From Candidatus Niyogibacteria bacterium (GTDB lineage Bacteria; Patescibacteriota; Minisyncoccia; HO2-45-28), in NCBI GenBank assembly GCA_016181935.1, contig JACOYI010000005.1, positions 595-64,594 on the forward strand: a DNA stretch of 64,000 nt. Reading direction: 5' to 3'. Below are positions 1-9,034 of this stretch, one piece after another (within the stretch, counting starts at the first letter, position 1; each line of letters opens with the position of its first letter). The notes beneath the pieces are model-generated. The model was not told where the DNA came from. It saw only the letters and a list, made by a program, of their open reading frames with translations, and made no database searches. Both the position numbers and the translations under genes were made by a program.

Positions 1-1
1 C

Positions 2-547
2 ATTGAAGCGCGCAAAGCCACGGCAGCGGCCGCCCAACTCGCAGGGCCGGTTTATTTGCGCTTCGCGCGGGAGAAAACGCCGGTTTTTACGACCGCGGAT
101 ACGCCGTTTGAAATCGGGAGAGCGGAAGTGTTTTGGAACGGTAGTCCCTCGCTACGCTCGGGACGACAATCGCTTGATGTAGCGATTGTCGCATGCGGCC
201 CGCTCGTCCATAATGCGCTCTTGGCGGCCTCCGTGCTCGAAGAAGAGGGGATCGCCGTTCGCGTTATCAACAATCACACGGTAAAACCGATGGATGAAAA
301 AACGATCCTATCTGCGGCAAAAGATGCCGGATGCATCGTGACCGCTGAGGAACATCAGGTGAACGGCGGTATGGGTTCGGCGGTTGCCGAAATTCTTGCA
401 CGTAATCATCCGGTGCCCATGGAATTCATCGGCGTTCAGAACCGGTTCGGCGAATCCGGCGAACCGCAGGAACTTATCCGGCATTTTGGCATGGCGCCCG
501 AGCACATTATAGAAGCGGTCCGGCGTGTCATAAAACGAAAGAAGTGA
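2..547 (+). CDS. Transketolase-family C-terminal subunit (TktB / E1-beta-like C-terminal domain), 5' end outside window
   Basis: Frame is open from base 2. The 163-aa listed ORF is its in-window part. The ...VINNHTVKPMDE...GGMGSAVAEIL... block is typical of transketolase C-terminal domains. TGA stop at 545-547. Confidence 0.7.
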   Translation: MEARKATAAAAQLAGPVYLRFAREKTPVFTTADTPFEIGRAEVFWNGSPSLRSGRQSLDVAIVACGPLVHNALLAASVLEEEGIAVRVINNHTVKPMDEKTILSAAKDAGCIVTAEEHQVNGGMGSAVAEILARNHPVPMEFIGVQNRFGESGEPQELIRHFGMAPEHIIEAVRRVIKRKK

Positions 548-671
548 ATTAAACAATTTGTGGACGGCCGTCCACAAATTGTTCAATCTTGAATAGTGCT
601 TGACGTTTTTGCTTGGTTGTTGTATACTTTTGTCAGGTCAGGAAGCAAAAATCAGAACCCAAGGAGGCATT

Positions 672-893
672 ATGAAGCGGAGCGTGAAGAAGAGGTGCGT
701 CCACTGCGGTTTCCCCGTTTCCGGCGGCGGGGACCGGCACGCGAAGAACGCGTGCCCTCCGTCCAAAAACATTGCGCATACCCAGCGGCAGCGCCGCTTG
801 CGCAGGAACGCGAAGCGCCATGCGCTCGCACTCGAAAAGCGCGGCGCTCCGGTGGTCGGCACCGGCCGTCCCAAGGGCGGTCAGAAAGCGTAG
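672..893 (+). CDS. Small basic Cys-containing protein (possible zinc-ribbon), unknown function
   Basis: Strong RBS AAGGAGG at 661-667, then ATG at 672. 73 aa with a CVHCGF...C pattern, Lys/Arg-rich. Followed by a hairpin/T-run terminator. Confidence 0.45.
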   Translation: MKRSVKKRCVHCGFPVSGGGDRHAKNACPPSKNIAHTQRQRRLRRNAKRHALALEKRGAPVVGTGRPKGGQKA

Positions 894-897
894 TGAA

Positions 898-935
898 AAT
901 CCCCTTGTCCCGTTTGCGGGACAAGGGTTTTTTCT
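898..935 (+). terminator. Rho-independent terminator (CCTTGTCCCGTTTGCGGGACAAGG + T-run)
   Basis: Perfect 10-bp stem followed by TTTTTTCTTTC. Confidence 0.55.
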
Positions 936-962
936 TTCAAACCGCGCGAGTATAATGAGTCC

Positions 963-1961
963 ATGCGGTTTGATGTGATCACGATCGGGTCGGCGACCCG
1001 CGATACGTTGGTGAAAAGTAAGGGATTCAAAATAATGGAATCCGGCGATTTTGCGACCGGCAAGGCATTGGCGGTCGAATTGGGGTCAAAAATCGGGGTT
1101 GACGAGGTTTTTTACGGGACGGGAGGCGCCGCCACGAATACGGCCACGACCTTCGCGCGGCAGGGATTCAAAACCGCGTTCATCGCGCGTGTAGGAGATG
1201 ACGTGCTCGGCCGCGCAGTCGCGGATGAAATGGAAAAAGAAGGCGTGGGCGTCGAGTGGCTCCTGCGCGACGCCGGAACGCCGACCGGCTATTCGGTAAT
1301 TTTAGAACATGAATCCGGCGAGCGGACCATTTTGGCATATCGCGGCGCAAATGAGAAATTGCGCCATGAGGACATTCCATGGGGCGACATTCCGTGCGCG
1401 TGGATATATTTGTCGTCGCTTTCGGGCGATCTCGGCATCGCGGAGGCGGCGCTTGAAGGCGCGGGGCGGTGTGGCGCTCGCGTGATCTGGAATCCGGGCG
1501 GGTCGGACCTCGCGCTTGGATTTAGCGCGCTCCAGCCATTTTTGAAGCGCGTGAATGTTTTTATCGTGAATCAGGAGGAGGCCTCAAAACTTTTGGATAT
1601 TCCGTATGATGATGTGAATGCGATCTTTAAAAAATTCGATGACGCGATCGACGGCATTGCGGTGATGACGCGGGGACCCGAAGGGGTGTACGCATCGGAT
1701 GGAACGACGCTTTGGAAAGCTGGTATTTTTCCTGAAAAAAAGGTTGCGGACCGCACGGGCGCAGGGGATGCATTTGGTTCCGGTTTTGTGGCGGGACTCG
1801 CGATTTCGAACGGCGATGTCGCGTATGCGTTGCGGCTTGGCTCCGCGAACGCCACATCCAAAGTCGAACATATGGGAGCAAAAGGCGGCCTGCTGACGCG
1901 ACAGGAATTCGAGGAGGATCCGCGCTGGAAGAATTTGGCGATCGAGGAAACCTCCTTATGA
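963..1961 (+). CDS. PfkB-family carbohydrate kinase (ribokinase/fructokinase/tagatose-6-P kinase-like)
   Basis: 332 aa. N-terminal GG motif region and C-terminal DTxGAGD anion hole (DRTGAGDAFGSGFVAG). Stop overlaps the next start (ATGA). Confidence 0.85.
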   Translation: MRFDVITIGSATRDTLVKSKGFKIMESGDFATGKALAVELGSKIGVDEVFYGTGGAATNTATTFARQGFKTAFIARVGDDVLGRAVADEMEKEGVGVEWLLRDAGTPTGYSVILEHESGERTILAYRGANEKLRHEDIPWGDIPCAWIYLSSLSGDLGIAEAALEGAGRCGARVIWNPGGSDLALGFSALQPFLKRVNVFIVNQEEASKLLDIPYDDVNAIFKKFDDAIDGIAVMTRGPEGVYASDGTTLWKAGIFPEKKVADRTGAGDAFGSGFVAGLAISNGDVAYALRLGSANATSKVEHMGAKGGLLTRQEFEEDPRWKNLAIEETSL

Positions 1962-3229
1962 GCGCCGATTCCGTCAAATATATTGCGCGTCTGTTGCGGA
2001 GCGATGCGGATACGGTGACGCGGCTTACGGAAAAAATGGCCGCGCGTTTCGGCAAGGACGGGGTTCTGGATGCGATCGCGGTCCAGAACCGGCTGCGCAT
2101 CGAAATGCTCTTGGAAAAACTCGGCGTCCACGACCGGAAAGCCCTCCCGATCTTCAATGCGCTCATTTCGAAAGTCGAGGAGGATGATGCCGCGCTCAAA
2201 AAAGCGTTCGGCATTTCGGGCAAGGACGGGATGGGGTACGGCGTGCTTGCCGAGCGGGCCCGCGAACTGGCGGGTCTCGGCAGCGGATTTTTTTTGAAAT
2301 GGTCCCGAGCCGAGGAATTGATCCATAAAAATCCTCCGCAGAAGATCCTGTCGTTCTTCGGCTATCGCGATACGAAAGAGCTTTTGGGGAAAGAGGATGT
2401 CCGGAAGGTTTTCGCCGCGCTCCGTTTTGTGGAAGATCGTGTATGGCTCAACACGGTCTTTTTTGCCGCCTATAAGGATCTCGAGGCGGCGGATTTCGAG
2501 AAGCGCCCGATCGAAATGCTGATACTCGAAAATAAATGGCTCCGAATGGCGGAGCATTTTGTCCAGAAAAAATATCATAACGTGAGCCATTTAAAGGAGC
2601 TCGGCGTCATTTTCGTCCTGCCTCAGGATCTGATGGTCGCCGGCGAAGCGCTGCGGCTCTTCACGCTGTTACTGCATTATCTGCACGAGATCCATTTTTA
2701 TTCCGAGCTTTTTGAGAAAAAGGCGCACGCATTTACGGATCCGTTGTGGACCGAGGGGCAGAGTTTTTCGGATTTTTTCACGGCGGCTCTTCGCGGTGAT
2801 ATCATCGACAAGCGCCCACCGGACGGCCGTGCGTTTCATTGGTTCATCATCCAGCGATATCTGGCGAAAGAGGACGAGAACGATTGGCGTCTGTTCGAGC
2901 CACATGTGAATCCGGAGGCGCTGCATTGGGATCGCGCAGAGGAGAACATCGCGCATATCGGCGAAAAGTTCCCGCGGCTTGATCTCAGTTTTTGGCATGA
3001 TCTGGGCTGGATCGGCGATTTTTACCCGACCGATACGGGTGTTGAAGTGCTCGTCAGCATGAATCTGGTGGATACGGTGATGGCGTTGGTGATGAAAAAA
3101 GAGCTGATAAAATATCTGTATCATCATCAGGAGGCGTTGTGGAACAAGATCTTCATGATGTATGCAGGCAAAGATGAGATCCGGCGGTTCGTTATCCAGA
3201 ATTTTTCCAAAGGATTCATTTCGTTATGA
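1958..3229 (+). CDS. Hypothetical protein (423 aa), translationally coupled between the pfkB kinase and class II aldolase
   Basis: Long ORF with protein-like composition. Start overlaps the pfkB stop and its stop overlaps the fba start (ATGA both sides). No family recognised. Confidence 0.7.
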   Translation: MSADSVKYIARLLRSDADTVTRLTEKMAARFGKDGVLDAIAVQNRLRIEMLLEKLGVHDRKALPIFNALISKVEEDDAALKKAFGISGKDGMGYGVLAERARELAGLGSGFFLKWSRAEELIHKNPPQKILSFFGYRDTKELLGKEDVRKVFAALRFVEDRVWLNTVFFAAYKDLEAADFEKRPIEMLILENKWLRMAEHFVQKKYHNVSHLKELGVIFVLPQDLMVAGEALRLFTLLLHYLHEIHFYSELFEKKAHAFTDPLWTEGQSFSDFFTAALRGDIIDKRPPDGRAFHWFIIQRYLAKEDENDWRLFEPHVNPEALHWDRAEENIAHIGEKFPRLDLSFWHDLGWIGDFYPTDTGVEVLVSMNLVDTVMALVMKKELIKYLYHHQEALWNKIFMMYAGKDEIRRFVIQNFSKGFISL

Positions 3230-4098
3230 ACGAAACACTCAATGACTGGCTGCGTCAGGCGGCAGAGGAGCGCTGGGCCGTCCCGCACTTCAACATTTCG
3301 AATTTCGTCCAATTAAAGGGAGTTCTCGCGGCGTGCATGGAGGCGCATACGCCCGTCATGATCGGCACATCCGAAGGCGAAGCGGATTTTATCGGGTTTC
3401 GCATGGCGCGCCACTGGATCGACGCCGCCGAAGAGGAGACCGGTCTCGCGGTTTTTTTGAACGCCGATCATTTTCATAGTTTTGAGAAGGTCGCGGCCGC
3501 GCTGGATGCGGGATACGATTCGGCGCTTATTGATCTGTCCAAAAAACGCGTCGAAGATAATAGCGCCGAGACGCGCCGCGTCGTGGATCATGCCCATGCG
3601 AAAGATCGTGCGATCAGCATCGAGGGGGAGTTGGGATATTTGGTGACAGAATCATCGAAGATCTACAAAGAAGCGGTCGAGATCCCGCCCGAGAGTTTGA
3701 CGGATCCCGATGCGGCGCGCGCATTCGTGGAGACGACAGGAGTGGACCGGTTCGCGCCGGCCGTCGGGAATCTTCACGGTATTGCCGCAAATATGCCGCA
3801 ATTGGATTTTGAGCGGATCGCCGCCATACGCGCGGCGGTGCCGGCGAATGTCGCATTGGTTTTGCATGGCGGGTCCGGCATTCCGGATGACCAGATGCGC
3901 CGCGCGATCGAACTGGGATTCAATAATATTCATGTTTCGACCGAAATTCGCGTGGCGTATACGGACGCATTGCGCGCGGCGCTTGCGGCTATGCCCGACG
4001 AAACGACACCGTATAAATTTTACAAACCGGTCGTTGAAGCGGTTCGCATAAAAGCCATGGAAAAACTCCAATTATTCGGGAGTATTAATCGGATATAA
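3226..4098 (+). CDS. fba: Class II fructose/tagatose-1,6-bisphosphate aldolase
   Basis: 290 aa. PHFNISN..., LNADH..., HGGSG motifs typical of class II (zinc) FBP/TBP aldolases. Confidence 0.85.
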   Translation: MNETLNDWLRQAAEERWAVPHFNISNFVQLKGVLAACMEAHTPVMIGTSEGEADFIGFRMARHWIDAAEEETGLAVFLNADHFHSFEKVAAALDAGYDSALIDLSKKRVEDNSAETRRVVDHAHAKDRAISIEGELGYLVTESSKIYKEAVEIPPESLTDPDAARAFVETTGVDRFAPAVGNLHGIAANMPQLDFERIAAIRAAVPANVALVLHGGSGIPDDQMRRAIELGFNNIHVSTEIRVAYTDALRAALAAMPDETTPYKFYKPVVEAVRIKAMEKLQLFGSINRI

Positions 4099-4258
4099 TT
4101 TCATGAATTCAGGAAATCATTTTCTGGAATACGCTTGAATTTCCAGCGAAATTCAAGCTCCATCCTCGGCGCTTTGTTTTTTGATTCAGCAGAAAGTGTA
4201 ATCAAAAAACACCCTGCAAAGCGCCTGTGGGGCTTCCAAAAATAATTTCCTGAATTTA
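4099..4258 (+). repeat. Structured palindromic intergenic element, family A, copy 1 (about 160 bp, MITE/structured-RNA-like)
   Basis: Terminal inverted repeats TGAATTCAGGAAATCATTTT / AAAATAATTTCCTGAATT. Internal hairpins GCTTGAATTT..AAATTCAAGC and GGCGCTTTG...CAAAGCGCC. Second copy at 52936-53097 with compensatory substitutions. Confidence 0.6.
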
Positions 4259-4270
4259 TTTTATAAAACT

Positions 4271-5248
4271 ATGCCAAAAATTTTCATCACGCGGCGGATT
4301 CCGGAAGCGGGAATTCAAAAATTACAGGCAAAAGGATATGAGGTCGTTATCAGTCCCGAAGACCGGGTGCTTCGGAAAGAGGAAGTGCTCGAAGCGCTCC
4401 AAGGCCAGAATTACGATGCGGTGCTCTGTTTGCTGACGGATAAGATCGACGGCGACATATTGGACGCGGCCGGAAAACAATGCAAGATTTTCGCGAATTT
4501 GGCGGTCGGGTTCGATAACGTCGATTTGAAGGCCGCCGAGGAGCGGAGGATCGCGATCACAAATACGCCCGGCGTACTCACGAATACCGTAGCGGAACAT
4601 ACATTTGCGCTGATGCTTGCCATTGCGCACCGCGTTTGCGAAGCGGACCGATTTACGCGCGGCGGGCATTATGAAGGATGGGCGCCGATGCTTCTTTTGG
4701 GGAACGATCTTTCGGGGAAGACCATCGGCATCGTCGGGTTGGGGCGCATCGGTTCGCGCGTCGCATATCACGCGGTCAAGGGATTCGATGCAAAAGTGAT
4801 CTATTATGATGTAGCGAGAAACGAAGAGTTCGAAAAAGAGTACGGCGCGATTTACAAAGCAAACGTAGAGGATGTGCTTCACGAAGCGGATTTTGTTTCG
4901 ATTCACGTGCCGTTGTTGGATTCCACGCGGCATTTGATGAATGCGGAGCGGTTCCGGATGATGAAGCCAACGGCGTATCTGGTCAATACCTCCCGAGGCC
5001 CGATCGTGGATGAAGCGGCGCTCGTGAAAGCGCTCAAATCAGGCGTCATCCGCGGCGCTGCGCTTGACGTGTTTGAAAATGAACCCGCGCTCGCGTCTGG
5101 GCTTGTAGAATGTGAGAATGTGATTTTAACCCCTCATATTGCGTCTGCCACCGAAGAGACGCGCTCTGCCATGGCCGAACTGGCGGCCGATAACATCATC
5201 GCGGCGCTCGAAGGCCAAGCCCCGCCAAATCTAGTGAAGAAGAAATGA
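4271..5248 (+). CDS. D-isomer-specific 2-hydroxyacid dehydrogenase (glyoxylate/hydroxypyruvate reductase-like)
   Basis: 325 aa. NAD-binding GxGxxG (GIVGLGRIGSRVA) and catalytic R/E/H region typical of the GyaR/PGDH family. Confidence 0.85.
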   Translation: MPKIFITRRIPEAGIQKLQAKGYEVVISPEDRVLRKEEVLEALQGQNYDAVLCLLTDKIDGDILDAAGKQCKIFANLAVGFDNVDLKAAEERRIAITNTPGVLTNTVAEHTFALMLAIAHRVCEADRFTRGGHYEGWAPMLLLGNDLSGKTIGIVGLGRIGSRVAYHAVKGFDAKVIYYDVARNEEFEKEYGAIYKANVEDVLHEADFVSIHVPLLDSTRHLMNAERFRMMKPTAYLVNTSRGPIVDEAALVKALKSGVIRGAALDVFENEPALASGLVECENVILTPHIASATEETRSAMAELAADNIIAALEGQAPPNLVKKK

Positions 5249-5261
5249 GCGCCGCGAAGAC

Positions 5262-5290
5262 AAAAAGCCGGCGGTTCGAAAACCGCCGGT
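5262..5290. terminator. Probable bidirectional terminator hairpin (GCCGGCGGTT..AACCGCCGGC)
   Basis: 10-bp stem between convergent genes. T-run on the minus-strand side (CTTTTTGTC). Confidence 0.45.
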
Positions 5291-5295
5291 GATCA

Positions 5296-5643
5296 TTACG
5301 TGCCGCCCTTTTTGGACCGCTTGAACAGCGTTCGTTCTTTCAAGAAGAGCCAGACAAGGGGTTTGTTTGCGAAAAGGATCACAAGACCGGCACCCATGGC
5401 GATCGCTGCGGTGATGAGGACCTTCTCGGGGCTTTGTTTCACGGAATAGGATACGATGCCGGGGGCGATCGCGAAAATTTTTTTGTAATCGGGAAAATGG
5501 GGCGCGACGAAGATCTCGAACATGCCGGCAAAAAGCCCGATGGCGATAAGGATCCAGCCGAAGAGCATAAGACGGATCGGCATGGATTCCCGTTCGATTT
5601 CCTCCTCGTGTTCCTCTCCGCGTTCTTCGTGATGGGACATCAC
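5296..5643 (-). CDS. Small membrane protein with acidic N-terminus, unknown function
   Basis: 115 aa. Two to three hydrophobic spans (LMLFGWILIAIGLFAGMF; ITAAIAMGAGLVILF). Confidence 0.5.
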   Translation of the reverse strand: MMSHHEERGEEHEEEIERESMPIRLMLFGWILIAIGLFAGMFEIFVAPHFPDYKKIFAIAPGIVSYSVKQSPEKVLITAAIAMGAGLVILFANKPLVWLFLKERTLFKRSKKGGT

Positions 5644-5760
5644 GTCTCCTTTTTGGGATGTTGGTCTTTTTTTTACTTAATCACCGAACCTATGCCCTGT
5701 CAATTTTTTGCCCATGGCCGTCCTTGATTTTTCTTTTCCGTCATGCTTCAATAGGCGGTA

Positions 5761-6420
5761 ATGATAGCGCTTACAGCAAAACCCCGTGAATTGACCGGAA
5801 AGCGGGCGGGCGCTCTGCGGACACAGGGCTTGGTTCCGGCTGTTGTCTATGGAGCAAAAATGCCGTCCGAACCGCTCACGGTTGATATGCGCGAGTTCGA
5901 AAAAGTATGGCGGGAAGCGGGGGAGGCGGGCCTTGTGGAACTCGCGGTCGGCGATTCCAAGAAAAACGTACTCATTAAGGACGTTCAGCGCGATCCGCTC
6001 AAGGATACGCCGGTGCATGTGGATTTTTATGCGGTTCAAATGGATAAACCGATCCGCGCAATGGTAAGCGTGAGATTTTCGGGTGATGCGCCCGCCGTAA
6101 AACAAGGGGCGATCCTAATGAAGATCATTCATGAGCTCGAAGTGGAAGCGCTTCCGGCGAATTTGCCGCGCGAACTCGAGGTGGATATTTCGAAACTGGC
6201 CGCGAGCGGCGAGCGCTTTTTGATCTCCGATTTAACATTGCCGGCCGGTGTCACCGTGATCGCCGATCCCGCCGATATCATTGCGCTCACGGAAGAGCCG
6301 AAGGCCGAGGAAGAGATTGCGGCTGAAGCGGCCCCCGGCATCTCGGATATCGAGGTGGTGGGCGAGAAAGGCAAGAAAGAGGAAGCAGTCACGGAGGAGG
6401 GAGCAGTCGAAAAAGAGTAA
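5761..6420 (+). CDS. rplY: 50S ribosomal protein L25 / general stress protein Ctc
   Basis: 219 aa. L25 fold residues (GxxP.VVYG, VHVDF) plus an acidic C-terminal tail as in the Ctc form. Confidence 0.85.
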   Translation: MIALTAKPRELTGKRAGALRTQGLVPAVVYGAKMPSEPLTVDMREFEKVWREAGEAGLVELAVGDSKKNVLIKDVQRDPLKDTPVHVDFYAVQMDKPIRAMVSVRFSGDAPAVKQGAILMKIIHELEVEALPANLPRELEVDISKLAASGERFLISDLTLPAGVTVIADPADIIALTEEPKAEEEIAAEAAPGISDIEVVGEKGKKEEAVTEEGAVEKE

Positions 6421-6439
6421 GCGTGATATACTGCCCCAT

Positions 6440-7756
6440 ATGCGTATTTTACCGATCATCGGTGTCGGTTTCGCAATGGGCTTTTTTATTTTTGCCGTTT
6501 TTGTCGCGCGGGCGCAAACCGTGGATCCGGCGCTGGTGGGCGAGCGCAAAGCCGCGCTCGAAAAAGAGCTTGCGGGATACGAAGTTCAGATCGACGCATT
6601 CCGGCAGCAGATCGACGCCAAACGATTGGAGGCCGCAAGTTTTGAGCGCGACATTGCGATCTTGAACGCCGAGATCAAGAAAGCGCAGCTTGCCATCAAG
6701 GCGCGGACCATCGCGATCGAGCAATTATCGGACACGATCGGGGAAAAATCCGATTTCGTGGACGAATTGCTCGTAAAGATCGATCGCGAAAAAAAATCGC
6801 TCGCGGAACTCCTGCGCCGCGTGGAAGAATTGGACCGCACATCATTTGCGGAAGCGTTTTTTTCGCGCGAATCCATCGCCGGATTTTTTAAGGAATTGGA
6901 TCATTATGACACGGTGCAGGCGGCGGTTCACACGTCATTTTTGGAGATCCGGAAAACCCGAGTAGCGACCGAGGAGGAGATCGATACGCTCGAAACCCGC
7001 AAATCGGAAGAGATCGAGCTTCGCGCGCTTCAAACACTCGAAAAAAAACGCGTTGAAGAAAAGGAATCCGAGAAAAAAAAGATCCTCGCGGTCACTAAAG
7101 GCGTTGAAGCCGAATATCAAAAATTGCTGAAGTCGCGCGAAAAAGATGCGGCGCTTATTCGAAGCCAGCTCTTTTTATTGCGCGGTTCGCCGGATATTCC
7201 GTTCGAAAAGGCGGTGGAGTATGCGAATGCCGCATTCAAAGCCACGGGGGTGCGCCCCGCGTTTTTACTCGGTGTGATCGCGGAAGAGTCGAATCTGGGT
7301 GCCAATGTCGGCACGGGGAACTGGAATATCGACATGGCGGATCGCCGGTGCGCATCGCAACGCACGGCATTTCAGGAGATCACCGCTGAACTGGGATTCG
7401 ATCCGAATCTGATGCCGGTTTCCAAAAAGGCGTGGTACGGCTATTGCGGGGGCGCCATGGGGCCCGCGCAATTCATGCCGACCACATGGAAGTTATACAA
7501 AAATTTGATCGCAAAGCATACCGGCCACAACCCGCCCAATCCTTGGGAGGCGCTCGATGCATTCGTGGCGTCGGCGCTTCTGTTGAAAGATAACGGCGCG
7601 GCGGAGGGGACCTATGCAGCTGAGCGCCGCGCGGCGCTCCGGTATTTGGCAGGCGCGAACTGGCAGAAGCGCTCATATGCTTTTTACGGCGACGATGTAA
7701 TGGCGCTTGCCGCCAAGTATCAGGACCAGATGAACATCATTCTGGCGGGGCAGTAG
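6440..7756 (+). CDS. Membrane-anchored coiled-coil protein with C-terminal lytic murein transglycosylase (MltB/Slt-like) domain
   Basis: ATG at 6440; the listed ORF start at 6281 overlaps rplY and is rejected. N-terminal TM, about 250-aa heptad-rich region, then AEESNLG ... [10 protein letters not shown] transglycosylase motifs. Confidence 0.7.
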   Translation: MRILPIIGVGFAMGFFIFAVFVARAQTVDPALVGERKAALEKELAGYEVQIDAFRQQIDAKRLEAASFERDIAILNAEIKKAQLAIKARTIAIEQLSDTIGEKSDFVDELLVKIDREKKSLAELLRRVEELDRTSFAEAFFSRESIAGFFKELDHYDTVQAAVHTSFLEIRKTRVATEEEIDTLETRKSEEIELRALQTLEKKRVEEKESEKKKILAVTKGVEAEYQKLLKSREKDAALIRSQLFLLRGSPDIPFEKAVEYANAAFKATGVRPAFLLGVIAEESNLGANVGTGNWNIDMADRRCASQRTAFQEITAELGFDPNLMPVSKKAWYGYCGGAMGPAQFMPTTWKLYKNLIAKHTGHNPPNPWEALDAFVASALLLKDNGAAEGTYAAERRAALRYLAGANWQKRSYAFYGDDVMALAAKYQDQMNIILAGQ

Positions 7757-8477
7757 TTTTTGAGAATGCTTTCACGATGGGGTCGAGATCGCCCGCCATG
7801 ATGCGTTCGATCGCGTGCCACGATTTTTTGATGCGGTGGTCGGTGACGCGATCCTGCGTAAAATTGTACGTGCGGATCTTTTCCGAACGGTCCTGCGTGC
7901 CGATCTGTTCCCGGCGCACGGCGGCGACGGAATCTACGGCTTTTTCCTGATGCGCCTCCATAAGTTTGGAGCGCAAGATATCAAGGGCGCGTTCGCGGTT
8001 CCGGGCTTGAGAGCGTTCGCTTTGGGAACGCACGACGAGGCCCGTGGGTTTATGTGTGATGCGCACGGCGGTTTCGACTTTATTGACGTTTTGTCCGCCC
8101 GCGCCGCCGGAGCGCGAAAAACTGACCTCAATATCCTGGGGCCGGATTTCGAGCGCTTGGGGCGGATAGATCGGGAGCACGGCCACCGATGCGGTCGACG
8201 TATGCACGCGGCCCGATTTTTCGGTATCCGGGATGCGCTGGACCCGGTGAACGCCCGCTTCTTGTTTTAATGTCGGGTACGCATCCGGATTCGCGACCTC
8301 GATCGTGATTTCCTTGTAACCGCCGAGGTCCGAGACCGACGAATCGATCGCGGTCGCTTTCCAGCCTTTGCGGCTCGCGTATTTCATATACATCGATGCG
8401 AGGTCGCGCGCAAAAAGCGACGCTTCGGCGCCGCCAGCGCCCGCGCGGATCTCAAGAAAAATGCTTTGCGGCTGCAT
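7737..8477 (-). CDS. prfA: Peptide chain release factor 1-like protein lacking N-terminal domain 1 (246 aa)
   Basis: Starts [16 protein letters not shown] immediately after the rpmE stop. Has the PxT-type codon-recognition loop (RIPDTE) and GGQ ([16 protein letters not shown]). There is no coding room for the usual first 100 or so residues. Confidence 0.7.
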   Translation of the reverse strand: MQPQSIFLEIRAGAGGAEASLFARDLASMYMKYASRKGWKATAIDSSVSDLGGYKEITIEVANPDAYPTLKQEAGVHRVQRIPDTEKSGRVHTSTASVAVLPIYPPQALEIRPQDIEVSFSRSGGAGGQNVNKVETAVRITHKPTGLVVRSQSERSQARNRERALDILRSKLMEAHQEKAVDSVAAVRREQIGTQDRSEKIRTYNFTQDRVTDHRIKKSWHAIERIMAGDLDPIVKAFSKTTAPPE

Positions 8478-8479
8478 TG

Positions 8480-8740
8480 TTATTTTTTGGATTTTTTGCC
8501 CTTGCCGCCTGTTCTGGCGCGCGGCTGTTTCAAAGACGCCGCCCGCGCCCGTTTCGCCTTGAATTTTTCAACGCGGCCCGCCGTATCAATGAGTTTTTCC
8601 TGCCCCGTGAAGAAAGGGTGGCAGGATGCGCAAATTTCAACCTCGATCTTTTCTTTTGTGGAGCCGACCGTATAGGTTTTGCCGCATGCGCACCGGATCG
8701 TCGCATGCGGATAGTAGACGGGATGGAGATCTTTTTTCAT
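8480..8740 (-). CDS. rpmE: 50S ribosomal protein L31
   Basis: [11 protein letters not shown]...CACG...[10 protein letters not shown] matches L31 with its Zn-binding Cys pairs. The listed 135-aa ORF start is an upstream extension and is rejected. Confidence 0.85.
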   Translation of the reverse strand: MKKDLHPVYYPHATIRCACGKTYTVGSTKEKIEVEICASCHPFFTGQEKLIDTAGRVEKFKAKRARAASLKQPRARTGGKGKKSKK

Positions 8741-8998
8741 GGAGCATAGCGTAGCACGGAGAGGCGGTATTGACAAATGTTTTGGGTAAACACATTTGGC
8801 GGTTTTGAGCGGCTCGCCGTTTGCTTTTTCAAATCGGTCGTTCGTCCTGCCAGCGCAGGACGCCGACCTGCGCTCTCGGCGCGCCAACTCCGCCTTCAGC
8901 GGAGACCGTGCTTGTCGCGCCTGCGAGAGCTTTTCAAAACCAAACGCCTCGCCGCCTTTTCAAAACCGCCAAATGCGCCCGCATATTACCGATGCGCC

Positions 8999-9027
8999 TT
9001 GAATTTAGGGCCGGACTCCTGTAGAAT
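8999..9027 (+). promoter_or_regulatory. Sigma-70-like promoter TTGAAT-17-TAGAAT for rpsB, leaderless geometry
   Basis: -10 box ends 7 nt before the rpsB ATG at 9035. No room for an SD. Confidence 0.55.
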
Positions 9028-9034
9028 GGTCGCT

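Noticed and set aside
1958-3229. Assigning the 423-aa operon protein as GatZ/KbaZ
   Set aside because: Only the size and gene position match. I can recognise no GatZ sequence motifs, so it is left as unknown.
6281-6439. Upstream extension of the coiled-coil/transglycosylase ORF (MRSRKSRRPRKR…)
   Set aside because: It overlaps the 3' end of rplY in another frame and is pure Arg/Lys low-complexity. The ATG at 6440 follows a -10-like TATACT.
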